From Collinsella sp. AF02-46-1 (GTDB taxonomy: Bacteria; Actinomycetota; Coriobacteriia; Coriobacteriales; Coriobacteriaceae), in assembly GCA_934876235.1 (NCBI GenBank), contig CAKXKM010000001.1, positions 832-64,831 on the forward strand: 64,000 nt of DNA, in the 5' to 3' direction. Position numbers and translations under genes: made by a program. The first letter of the stretch is position 1. The number at the start of each line of letters is the position of its first letter. The notes under the pieces were generated by a model. It did no database searches, was not told where the DNA came from, and was given only the letters and a program-made list of their open reading frames with translations. This document shows, in pieces, positions 31,215 through 40,353 of the stretch.

Positions 31215-32672
31215 TTACATCAGGCCAAAGAGGTGGAACCAGGCGGCCTCGACCAGCACGACGATAAAGACGACCGCGGTGAGGGGAATACCCATGCGCA
31301 TGGCCTCTTTGGAGGTGTAGCCGCCGGCGTCCTTGCCCTCGCCGATAAGGATCGGCAGGTTGTGGAACGGCAGGATGTAGTGGATGTTGATGGACGTGAA
31401 GACGATGAGCGCCACGGCAAGCGGGCTTACGCTGGAGCCGGCCGCGAAGCTGATGAACGCCGGCACGCACACACCGAGCACGGCCATGACCGAGCCCATG
31501 AACATGTGGATGATCATGGAGAGCGCGGCGACGAGCAGGGCGAACAGGAAGATGTTCTCGGGCACGGAGCTGGGAAGCACGACATCGGCGATCCAGGCGT
31601 TCATACCGGTGGCACCGCCCACGGAACCCACGGCCATGGCGGCCGTCAGGAACATGAGGGACTTGATGTCGACGGCGTTCCAGCTGGCGGGGGTGAGGAC
31701 CTCGCCGATGATGGGCATAGCGAGGGCAACGCCGATGGCCAGGGTGACCCAGCCGATGTAATCGCCCGAGACGGTGAGCCACAGCGCGATGGCGATGACA
31801 AGCCACACGATGGTGCGAATCTCCTTGACGGAGAGCTTGTCGAGCGCGGCCTGCTTGGCCACGATCTGCTCGCGATCGTAGACGAGCTCCTTGCTGGGCT
31901 TAAAGAGGAAGAGGCCCAGGAACAGGGTGCACAGCAGCGCGACCAGCATAGGCACGCTCATGTACAGGAACCAGTCGACAAAGGACGGGCTCATGCCGCC
32001 GGCCTCGGCGCTGTACTGCGCAACGAGCGGGTTGAGCGTGGAGTCGCCTGTCAGGAAGAACATGGAGCCGGGGGCAGCAGCGGCAAACACAAGGAAGCCG
32101 AGCTTGCCGCGGTCGTCGTCACCGTAGCCGGCGGACTCGGCGATGACCGAGACAACGGCGAGGATGAGGAAGGCACGGGGGAACGGATGCGGAATGAGTA
32201 GCGACAGCACAAAGGTGAGCGCGAAAATCGAGATGATGAGCGACTTGGCATCGCGCACGAACTTGAGCATGAACGCATAGGCGATACGCTCGCCCAGGCC
32301 CGACTCCTTGACCGCGCTGGCGATGAGGTAGGCACCAATGACGAGCCACATGGTGGCTTTGGTCCACGAGCTAAACGTGGAGGCGACCGTCGCCGAGATG
32401 CTCGCGGCACCCGTGTCGTCCACGCACACCTTGAACAGAACGAGCAGCGCGCAATAGAGCAGGCCCACAAAGCCCGGCTGTGCCACGCCACACGCCCAGA
32501 ACACCACCGTGGCGAGCGTCAACGCCAGACAGGTCTGACCGCCGACCGTAAGCTCGACCGTCGAGCTCAGCTCCGCCAAAGGAAGAAACTTCACCAGCAA
32601 AAAGACAACGATACCCAGCACAAAGCCAATTTCGCGCTTGGTGATCTTAAACGCCTTCTTTTCCGCTTCCAT
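31215..32672 (-). CDS. anion/organic-acid permease of the ion-transporter superfamily (ArsB/NhaD/DASS-like)
   Basis: 485-aa polytopic protein with two repeated hairpin-loop regions. Confidence 0.5.
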   Translation of the reverse strand: MEAEKKAFKITKREIGFVLGIVVFLLVKFLPLAELSSTVELTVGGQTCLALTLATVVFWACGVAQPGFVGLLYCALLVLFKVCVDDTGAASISATVASTFSSWTKATMWLVIGAYLIASAVKESGLGERIAYAFMLKFVRDAKSLIISIFALTFVLSLLIPHPFPRAFLILAVVSVIAESAGYGDDDRGKLGFLVFAAAAPGSMFFLTGDSTLNPLVAQYSAEAGGMSPSFVDWFLYMSVPMLVALLCTLFLGLFLFKPSKELVYDREQIVAKQAALDKLSVKEIRTIVWLVIAIALWLTVSGDYIGWVTLAIGVALAMPIIGEVLTPASWNAVDIKSLMFLTAAMAVGSVGGATGMNAWIADVVLPSSVPENIFLFALLVAALSMIIHMFMGSVMAVLGVCVPAFISFAAGSSVSPLAVALIVFTSINIHYILPFHNLPILIGEGKDAGGYTSKEAMRMGIPLTAVVFIVVLVEAAWFHLFGLM

Positions 32673-32823
32673 CTCCCCACCTTTCTTGTTGGGGGCGCTC
32701 CGGATTCGCGGCCACGTTGCCACTTAAAAAGGGGCGCCCGTTATCGGACACCCCTTACGTTGCGCTGTGTTGTGGCAATACAGTCAAGCGGGATTTTTGG
32801 ATGAGAAGCGATCCTCTGGACAA

Positions 32824-32922
32824 AAAGCGTCACAACATTCGACGCTTTTCCTCGTTTTCGAGATTTTCATCAAATGTTGTGACGGTTTGGATGTGGCAAA
32901 GGGACTGTCTTTTGTTTCACAT
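32824..32922. repeat. repeat family R2, composite copy 2
   Basis: Same hairpin CGTCACAACATT...AATGTTGTGACG followed by palindrome variant ATGTGGCAAAGGGAC..TTTTGTTTCACAT. The palindrome contains the stop codon (32917-32919) of the upstream gene. Confidence 0.75.
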
Positions 32923-34038
32923 AGCGAGATCCGTACGGATGGATGGGTCGCTGAGGGCCTCGCGGAGCCAGGGGGCCAGCTGCTCGGGGCGACCCCGCAG
33001 GTAGCCGTCGAGCTCGGGCGGGGCGACCGGGCGCACCTCCGAGATCTCCTCTTGGTTGATATGCAGCTCGCCCGGCTCAACATGGGCTACGAACACCTCG
33101 CACCATTCGCACTCGCAGCGGCCGTCGCCGTGGTCCTCGCGGTACACCACGTGTCCGAGGTGCTTGAGCTGATCGGGCTCGCGCGTGATGCCAAGCTCTT
33201 CGTTGATGCGACGTGCCGTGGCGGCCGCGACGTCTTCCCCGGGGAGCGGATGGCCGGCACAGCCATCGGCCAGCACCCCGCCCCACAGGCGTTTGAGCGG
33301 ACTGCGACGACAGAGCAGCAGGCGCGCGTCTTCGCCCTGGCCCTCGACCAGAAGCGTCAGAAATGCCTGATGCAGGATTCCCTCGCCGGTATGGGCCTCG
33401 ATGCGGTCGACGGGGCCAAGCGCCTCGCCGGTCGCGGCATCGACCGCCACGACCTCGGCACCCGCGCCGCCCTCATCCCAGCCGGCGCGCAGGATGCGCG
33501 CGGCGGCCTCCTCGAGCGCGGCGATGAGCTCCTTGGTGGTATCGAGCATGCGCTGCAAGTCGTCCGCGGTCGCGTTCTCCACATGAAAACCCGTGCTTGC
33601 GACTACCGGCACGCCAAAGCGCGTGGCCAGCGCCGCCGCGACATCATGCGCCGGAATCTCGTCGCGATGGCACGGAACGGCCAAGATGCTCACGGTCGCC
33701 GTGCGGCCGGGCTCGGGGCGCGGAATGGCCTGCGCCGTGGCGCCCAGATGCGCGTACTCCGGCGAGCAGGCGTACACTGCCATGCCTCGCGGCGTCACCG
33801 TCAGCTGGGCCTCGAGCGCAAACTTGCCCTCGCCCACTGCAACCTTTGTCGTGTGCATACCCATGGGATCTCCTGTCGCCCGCGATGTACCTGAGACCAT
33901 TTTCACCTGTATTGCGACTATACAGGCAAGCGCAGCCTGCGACAAAGGGGGCAGGCACCTGACACATTCTGTTAGAGTTGCAGGGATTGAATCCCGCTTA
34001 TTCATGCGACATTGGAGTGACAACCTTGACCGCCGCAA
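32917..34038 (-). CDS. two-domain protein: N-terminal domain of unknown function (about 190 aa) fused to isopentenyl-diphosphate delta-isomerase type 1 (Idi, Nudix fold)
   Basis: The C-terminal region matches Idi, including the catalytic Cys context CAGHPLPGE, Glu in CEWCEVFVAHVE, and Nudix box GHPLPGEDVAAATARRINEELGI. The true start is probably an internal Met (for example MGMHTT near 33864) because the track ORF overlaps the divergent MFS gene. Confidence 0.65.
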   Translation of the reverse strand: MRRSRLSLQCRMNKRDSIPATLTECVRCLPPLSQAALACIVAIQVKMVSGTSRATGDPMGMHTTKVAVGEGKFALEAQLTVTPRGMAVYACSPEYAHLGATAQAIPRPEPGRTATVSILAVPCHRDEIPAHDVAAALATRFGVPVVASTGFHVENATADDLQRMLDTTKELIAALEEAAARILRAGWDEGGAGAEVVAVDAATGEALGPVDRIEAHTGEGILHQAFLTLLVEGQGEDARLLLCRRSPLKRLWGGVLADGCAGHPLPGEDVAAATARRINEELGITREPDQLKHLGHVVYREDHGDGRCECEWCEVFVAHVEPGELHINQEEISEVRPVAPPELDGYLRGRPEQLAPWLREALSDPSIRTDLAM

Positions 34039-35279
34039 CCACGCCTAAAAGTAAGTCAACCGCCGCCGCGCTCTCCCCCGCGCGCACCAAGCTCTGCCTG
34101 GCGCTGCTCGTGCTGCTGGGATTCTCGCTCGGCTGCTCCGAGTTCGTGGTCATCGGTATCGAGAGCGACTTGGCAACGGAACTCGGCGTATCACTTGCTA
34201 CTGCGGGCCAGCTCATCAGCGTTTTTGCACTGGTCTACGCCATCGCGACGCCGGTGCTTGCGCTCAGCACGGGGCGCTTCCGTCGTTACCAGCTGCTCGT
34301 GTGCTACAGCATCGTCTTTGTGCTCGGCAACCTGGTCATGGCGTTGGCGCCCAACTTCCAGGTGCTCTTTATCTCGCGCATCATCCTGGGTTCCGTCTCG
34401 GGCGCGCTGCTCGCCGTGGGTGTGACGTACATCCCCGAGCTGCTGTCCCCGCAGCAAACTTCGCTTGCCATCTCGGTGGTATATGGTGCGTTTTCCGTGG
34501 CAATGGTCTTTGTCACTTCGATCGGCAAGTTTGTGGCCGACACGCTCGATTGGCACGTGGCCATGTACGGCACGCTTGCCTTTGCCGTTCTGATATGCGG
34601 AGCGCTCGTGATGTTTATGCCGCGCGCCGGACAGACCGACGAGCCCGCCACCTTTCGCGAGCAGGCGGGTCTGCTACGCGAGCCGAGCATCATCACCGGC
34701 ATGCTCATCTTTTTGTTTGGCGTGGGATCGGTCTATGTGTTCTACGGCTACGTGACGCCTTATCTTGAGCAGGTGCTGGGCATGGGCACTGTTCAGGCGA
34801 GCACCACGCTTATGGCCTACGGCGTGTTCTGCCTGATCTCGAACATCCTGGGCGGATGGATCGACGCACGTTTTGGCATGAAGGCACTGCTTGTGACGTT
34901 TGTGCTGCAGGCTGCGGCGTTGCTCGGGCTGTTTGCCGTGGGCGGCACCATGCCGCTCGCGCTGGTCTTTGTCTTTAGCTTGGCGCTGCTCATGTACCTG
35001 TTCTCAGTCTCGTGCATCACACACTTTATGGACGTGGCACGCAGCCGCCATCCCAAATCGATGGTACTCGCGAGCTCGGTAGAACCCATGGCGTTTAACG
35101 TCGGCATCTCGTTTGGCACTGCAGTGGGCGGCGCCGTGGTAAGCGGAGTTGGCATTGCCTGCGTGGGCGCCGTGGGCGCCGCGTTCTCGCTTGTGGCCTG
35201 GATGCTCACGCTGGTGACGATTAAGTTGGCTCGCTGGGAGCGCCGTCGTCAATCAGCACAGCCCCGGATGCAGGCATAG
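33978..35279 (+). CDS. MFS transporter
   Basis: 12-TM MFS architecture with motif GRFRRYQLL (loop 2-3). The start is uncertain because of overlap with the divergent gene. Confidence 0.75.
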   Translation: MQGLNPAYSCDIGVTTLTAATTPKSKSTAAALSPARTKLCLALLVLLGFSLGCSEFVVIGIESDLATELGVSLATAGQLISVFALVYAIATPVLALSTGRFRRYQLLVCYSIVFVLGNLVMALAPNFQVLFISRIILGSVSGALLAVGVTYIPELLSPQQTSLAISVVYGAFSVAMVFVTSIGKFVADTLDWHVAMYGTLAFAVLICGALVMFMPRAGQTDEPATFREQAGLLREPSIITGMLIFLFGVGSVYVFYGYVTPYLEQVLGMGTVQASTTLMAYGVFCLISNILGGWIDARFGMKALLVTFVLQAAALLGLFAVGGTMPLALVFVFSLALLMYLFSVSCITHFMDVARSRHPKSMVLASSVEPMAFNVGISFGTAVGGAVVSGVGIACVGAVGAAFSLVAWMLTLVTIKLARWERRRQSAQPRMQA

Positions 35280-35366
35280 GGGCGAACATAGCCCAAGGTG
35301 ACGAGCAACCGATGAAAACCGTCCCATACGAGTAGTGTTTATCCGCCTGCAAGCTTCGACAGTGCA

Positions 35367-35426
35367 ATTTCGTGTATTTCAGATACACGCTTTTATACTA
35401 TTTCGTGTATTTCAAATACACGAAAT
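35367..35426. promoter_or_regulatory. two tandem near-palindromic sites ATTTCGTGTATTTCAnATACACG(AAAT), putative protein-binding sites
   Basis: Two copies 9 bp apart in an AT-rich spacer between convergent genes. Confidence 0.3.
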
Positions 35427-35442
35427 GCGCGTGGAGCAACTC

Positions 35443-35480
35443 AAAGGCGGCGGCAGACGCATTGTCTGCCGCCGCCTTTT
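35443..35480. terminator. bidirectional rho-independent terminator between MFS (+) and PTS EIICB (-)
   Basis: A perfect 16-bp stem AAAGGCGGCGGCAGAC / GTCTGCCGCCGCCTTT flanked by A and T runs. Confidence 0.75.
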
Positions 35481-35509
35481 ATCCCGGATTTTATAGATAT
35501 GTGGGGCGT

Positions 35510-37072
35510 TTACTCCATGCCCAGCAGCTCGCGCATCTGAGTCGCGTAGTTAGATGCCATGTTGCCGTAGACAATCTGCACGCCGCCGTTGACATGCACG
35601 ATGCCACGCGCTTCGAGCTTTTCGGTAAACTCGGCGTCGTCAACCACCTTGTCACAGTCATTGAGCTGGATGCGCAGACGGGTGAAGCAGGCCTCGACAG
35701 ACTTAATATTGTTGTCGCCGCCCACTGCCTCAACGATGGCGGGAATGAGGTCGCTGATCACAGTCTTGGGAGCCTTTGCGGCCTCATCGTCGGACTCTTC
35801 CTCGCGGCCAGGGGTCTTAAGGTCCTTCTTAAGAATGATGAACTTGAAGACGAAGTAGTACACCACGAAGTAGATGGGGCCGAGGAACAGGATAACCTGC
35901 CAGTTGGAGCCCTTGGCTGCACCCATAATGCCGTTAAAGATCAACGACAAGAGCGGGCCGCCGAAGGACGCGGAGCCAGCCACGTTGAACTGCAGGATAT
36001 AGGTCAGCGCATAAGCAAGACCAGCCATAAGAGCGTGGAACACGTAGAGGATGGGCGCGATAAACAGGAAGGAGTACTCGAGCGGCTCGGTAATGCCGGA
36101 GAGGATGCAAGGCACCACGATGGCAATCATGAGCGCTGCGGTCTTCTTCTTGTTCTTGGGAAGCGCCGTCTTGTAGAAGGCGAGTGCAGCGCCGGGCAGG
36201 CCGAACATGGCGAAGATAACCTTGCCGTTCATGACAAAACGGCTGACCTCGATGTTAAACGGCGTGCTGGGAGAGCCCAGGATCGCGTTGTAGATATTGA
36301 TAGCGCCCTGAACAGTCTGGCCGTCGATGGTCTCGACGCCACCAAGCGACGTGAAGAAGAACGGCAAATAGACAAAGTGATGCAGGCCAAAAGGCAGGAG
36401 CATGCGCTCGCCGGCGCCGTAGACAAATGCACCAAAGGCACCCGTAGTCTTGATGAACTCGGACAGCGCACCGAGAGCGTTCTGAATAAACGGGAAAACA
36501 AAGGACATGACCAATGCGAGGATGCTGCATGAGAGCAGCGTCACCGCCGGGATAAAGCGCGTACCGTTGAAGATGGAGAACACGGCAGGCAGCTCAATCT
36601 TGTAGTAACGGTTATGCAACCATGCGACGATTGCACCCACCAGAAGACCGCCGATAACACCAGTGTCGAGCGTGGTGATGCCGAGGATCGTGCTCTGGCC
36701 CGTCGTAAGATTCGCGGGATCGATAACGCCAGTCGTCGTAAGGAACGTGCCCATCACGGAATTCATGCACATGTAGCCCAAAAAGCCACAAAGCGCCGCG
36801 GTAGCCTTCTCGGACTTGGCGAAGCCATAGGCGAGGCAAATCGAGAAGATAACCGGGATGTTGTTCATAACGATGCTGGCAGCGGCCTTGAGAATCGAAA
36901 AGAAGATCGCAAAGCCCGGAGCAGCAAGCCAGGGAACAGCTGCCGTAAGGGTGGGGCTGGTAAAGGCATTGCCAAAGCCCTGAAGGATGCCGGCGATTGG
37001 CAGGATCAAGACAGGCGTCATGAGGACTTTGCCCAGGCGCTGGAACTTTGCCAGCAGCTCATCTTTGTTCAT
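35510..37072 (-). CDS. PTS glucose-family EIICB (maltose/alpha-glucoside type, GlvC/MalP-like)
   Basis: EIIC domain plus a C-terminal EIIB with phospho-Cys motif ACFTRLR; 520 aa. Confidence 0.85.
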   Translation of the reverse strand: MNKDELLAKFQRLGKVLMTPVLILPIAGILQGFGNAFTSPTLTAAVPWLAAPGFAIFFSILKAAASIVMNNIPVIFSICLAYGFAKSEKATAALCGFLGYMCMNSVMGTFLTTTGVIDPANLTTGQSTILGITTLDTGVIGGLLVGAIVAWLHNRYYKIELPAVFSIFNGTRFIPAVTLLSCSILALVMSFVFPFIQNALGALSEFIKTTGAFGAFVYGAGERMLLPFGLHHFVYLPFFFTSLGGVETIDGQTVQGAINIYNAILGSPSTPFNIEVSRFVMNGKVIFAMFGLPGAALAFYKTALPKNKKKTAALMIAIVVPCILSGITEPLEYSFLFIAPILYVFHALMAGLAYALTYILQFNVAGSASFGGPLLSLIFNGIMGAAKGSNWQVILFLGPIYFVVYYFVFKFIILKKDLKTPGREEESDDEAAKAPKTVISDLIPAIVEAVGGDNNIKSVEACFTRLRIQLNDCDKVVDDAEFTEKLEARGIVHVNGGVQIVYGNMASNYATQMRELLGME

Positions 37073-37154
37073 GGGATACCCCTCTTAAAGAAACGGGGCG
37101 TGCAGCTCTACAGCCCACACGCCCCATAACAGTTATCAAGCGCTATGGAACTAG

Positions 37155-38480
37155 CTACTTAAGCTCCGGCCAGTAATCCTTATTGGCCTCGATGAGCTTG
37201 TCGAGCACTTTGCGAGCCTTCTTTGCGTCGCCGACCAGACGATTAAGCGTGAGTGCCTGCAGAGCCTTCTCGTAGGAACCCTCCATCCAAGCCTCAACAG
37301 TCAGGCGCTCATAGGCGTACTGGTTCTCCATAAGGCCGCGATAGAAGGTACCGATCTTGCCAACAGCATAGGGCTGCGGGCCATTGGCGCCCACGCTTGC
37401 CGCAACCTCGACCATGGCGTCATCGGGCATACCCTCGATAATGCCGTTGTTGGGCACAATGACAATGAAAGTCTTGTTGGTGTTGCGATAAATGGCCGAC
37501 GTGATTTCCACGATCATATCGCCATGAGCGTCGTTTTGCACAACCGAGGAGTTCTTTGCGGTGCCAACTTTGGCAACACGCTCGCACTCGGCGAACACGC
37601 GCTTCTCACGACCGTTGATAACCTCGTCGGAGCGAGTGTAGTCGGGGTCGAGGTGAGCGACCTTGTACTCGGGATACAGATAGTACTGCAGATAAGTGTT
37701 GGGCAGATAGTCGGGGAAGTCCTCGAGCATGTCCTTGACCATGGCGTAGGTATCAAGCCAGGACTGGTCACGCTGCTCGGCATCGGCAGGAAGGAAGCCG
37801 TTCTTCTCCGTGTACTCCTTAATCTGCGGGACGAGGTCATGACCCTCTTCATCGTAGATGTGCTTGAACCAACCGAAGTGATTGAGGCCGAAGTACACGG
37901 GCTCCGTCTTGCTCATATCGCGACCGAGCAGGCGACCGTAAGAGCGCATGAGGTTGACAGGCTGGTCGCAGATGTTGAGGACGCGATGCTCATCGGGCAG
38001 GACGCGCTCGAGACCATATGCCACAATAGCAGCCGGGTTGGTGTAGTTGATAATCCACGCCTCCGGGCTATGAGCGCGAACGTCGTTGACGATCTCAACC
38101 ATGTCATGCATGGAGCGCATACCGTAAGCCATGCCGCCAGGGCCCACCGTTTCCTGGCCGATGATTCCCATATGCAGCGGAATCTTCTCGTCCTTGCTAC
38201 GCATCTCGTAGCCGCCGGTACGAATCTGGCAGAGCACAAAGTCGACGTCGGTGTAAGCCTCGTCCTTATCGGTGGTGTAACCAAACTCCACACCGGGCTC
38301 CTCCTCGGCGAAGAGGATCTTGCCAAACTCGCCAATCGGACGCTGACGCTCGGCATCGATGTCATAGAGCATCACGCGGTTCAGCGGCAGAATGTCCATG
38401 TGCTTGGTCAGGGCTTTAAGAATGCCAGGGCACCACGTGGAGCCGCCGCCAACGATCACAATATTGAGCTTATCCTTCAT
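37155..38480 (-). CDS. GH4 6-phospho-alpha-glucosidase (maltose-6'-phosphate glucosidase-like)
   Basis: NAD-binding N-terminus IVIVGGGSTW and GH4 family-wide similarity; 441 aa. Confidence 0.85.
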   Translation of the reverse strand: MKDKLNIVIVGGGSTWCPGILKALTKHMDILPLNRVMLYDIDAERQRPIGEFGKILFAEEEPGVEFGYTTDKDEAYTDVDFVLCQIRTGGYEMRSKDEKIPLHMGIIGQETVGPGGMAYGMRSMHDMVEIVNDVRAHSPEAWIINYTNPAAIVAYGLERVLPDEHRVLNICDQPVNLMRSYGRLLGRDMSKTEPVYFGLNHFGWFKHIYDEEGHDLVPQIKEYTEKNGFLPADAEQRDQSWLDTYAMVKDMLEDFPDYLPNTYLQYYLYPEYKVAHLDPDYTRSDEVINGREKRVFAECERVAKVGTAKNSSVVQNDAHGDMIVEITSAIYRNTNKTFIVIVPNNGIIEGMPDDAMVEVAASVGANGPQPYAVGKIGTFYRGLMENQYAYERLTVEAWMEGSYEKALQALTLNRLVGDAKKARKVLDKLIEANKDYWPELK

Positions 38481-38778
38481 GTTCCGTCCCTCCAGGGTTG
38501 GCTGATCGGTGTTCTCGAAGACCTTGGGCTCCGCGGTTGTCCTCGGCTTGCTTCGTTTCGATTGATATTTTGCGACTTGAGCTCATTTGCAAGCCCCTGC
38601 GCAGGTCAATGCGAAACGGGGACACATGATTTCGTTCACGACACAGATATGTGTAGGCCGACACGTACGTTTGCCCAGTTCATGGGTAATAGACAATCTT
38701 GACCGATTACCGATTTCTCACCTGGCTACACAAAGCGGTACCATATGTACGGCGAGGTGCGAGGGGCTGAAACATCTT

Positions 38779-39528
38779 ATGAAAGATCAAGAATCTTTTT
38801 ATGATCATGTGCGAGCTGGCGAGAGCAAGCTCAACGATCTCGAAAGCGAGATCATGCGCTACATCATCGAGCTGCGTGACGATATTGACGATGTCACGCT
38901 TAAGAGCGTTGCTGAACGGTTCTTTGTCGCTCCCAACACGATCGTAAGGCTTGCCCATAAGCTTGGCTTCTCGGGGTTTACGGAGCTCAAACAATCGTAT
39001 TCCGCCTCGCTCGACCGCAATCAATTCACTATCGAGACACTTCCGCTCGACACCCAGCTCGTACAAACCAAAGACCTGCTTAACGACCGGGTCATCGACT
39101 CGGTCGTGAGCCTTATCCAGGACGCCTCGCATATCGTGTTCTTCTGCTCGGGCTTTTCGAAATACCCGTGCCTCGAGATGGCTGAAAAGCTCAAAATAAT
39201 GGGCAAGAATACCGATACGCTCAGTGAACGCCACGTCATGAGGCACTACGCAGAACTGCTTGGCAAAAACGACCTGGTCTTCAGCGTTTCCGTAAGCGGC
39301 GAGACGCAGGTGTCTATTGACGCTACGTCGATAGCCAAAACGCGCGGATGCAAGGTCGTCACACTCACCGGCTTTTCTCGAAATTCTCTCTCGAAACTAG
39401 CCGACTACCCTATCTACACCGTGCAAAAAGAAATCCGCTTGGGCAGCATGGACCTCGACAGTCGATTAATGTTCTATTACGTTTTCGAATTGATATTTGA
39501 GCGCTATTTCAAACTGGCCAGGAAATAA
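38779..39528 (+). CDS. RpiR/MurR-family transcriptional regulator (HTH + SIS domain)
   Basis: HTH_6 region LKSVAERFFVAPNTIVRLAHKLGFSGFTELK plus a SIS domain. The track ORF begins at 38587, but the Met at 38779 fits the family length (about 250 aa). Confidence 0.8.
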   Translation: MKDQESFYDHVRAGESKLNDLESEIMRYIIELRDDIDDVTLKSVAERFFVAPNTIVRLAHKLGFSGFTELKQSYSASLDRNQFTIETLPLDTQLVQTKDLLNDRVIDSVVSLIQDASHIVFFCSGFSKYPCLEMAEKLKIMGKNTDTLSERHVMRHYAELLGKNDLVFSVSVSGETQVSIDATSIAKTRGCKVVTLTGFSRNSLSKLADYPIYTVQKEIRLGSMDLDSRLMFYYVFELIFERYFKLARK

Positions 39529-39588
39529 AACTCTGTATGTGCCCGGCTTCGACTCTTTAGCAGCCTCCTATATGAAAGGTATCGTTCT

Positions 39589-39651
39589 ATGCAACGCGTA
39601 CTGTTTATCTGTCATGGGAACATCTGCAGATTCAGAAAAATGCCTAGCTAG
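39589..39651 (+). pseudogene. 5' remnant (20 codons) of a low-molecular-weight protein-tyrosine-phosphatase gene, truncated by the integrative element
   Basis: Encodes MQRVLFICHGNICRFRKMPS*, which matches the N-terminus of the intact PTP at 47138 (MRKILFVCHGNICRS...) up to the shared core CTGTCATGGGAACATCTG. Confidence 0.8.
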
Positions 39652-40239
39652 TTAGGATCCCGGCGAACCATATCGCGTACCTTACGACGTTTTTACGACT
39701 TTGAGCCCCGATGCGATATTGCCGTGATGGAGAAAAGCAACTCCTTTCGCCTTTCCCCAGTAGCTGAAGAACGGAGAATCGAGCATAAGCATTCCTTTCC
39801 GGTCGTCTCAAACCTCTGCAATTTGGAGGGTAAATCGCGAAAGCTAATATCTCAAACACCAGAAAAATCAAGTCGATGACCTCGCTCAACATTCACGACG
39901 CCCCACCATCGCATGCTAGTTACAAGAAGCGGATGCACTAGTATTCTTTCAATCGACTTGCAAACCCCTTCAAGCGTCCAACGCAATGGCGTGCTTTCAG
40001 ACGCAACGCCTCCTTGCGTCCGCATTATTGCTTTGTTAGACTCTACGGAAGAATTCAGCGCAGGCCCATATGCCAAGCCAGCGCCCCGGAAAGGAAAAGG
40101 ATTCGTGAAGCTGTAGACGATACATATCGACGCCAATTTGCAAATTGCCATCTATCCAAGAATAAATCTGGCCGCACATTTGTCGTATCGTCTTTTCACT
40201 GATCCTCGTATATCCTAAACACTACCTTTGCGAGCATTG

Positions 40240-40279
40240 CCGTCGACTCATTTTCTTTCAGCTTGACTCGAGTCGACGG
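40240..40279 (+). promoter_or_regulatory. stem-loop in the 5' leader of the ABC-F gene (candidate attenuator)
   Basis: A 10-bp perfect stem CCGTCGACTC / GAGTCGACGG with a 20-nt loop, about 75 nt upstream of the start codon. Confidence 0.3.
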
Positions 40280-40353
40280 GCGTTCACGTTGGTCGGAACG
40301 AGCCAATCAGAGCATATGCGGCAAAACGCGGCCTCCCATGCCGAGGAGGCACA

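Noticed and set aside
40014-40202. 62-aa ORF upstream of the ABC-F gene as a regulatory leader peptide
   Set aside because: It is far too long for an attenuation leader, has a TTG start without a Shine-Dalgarno, and ends before the hairpin. It is probably noncoding.
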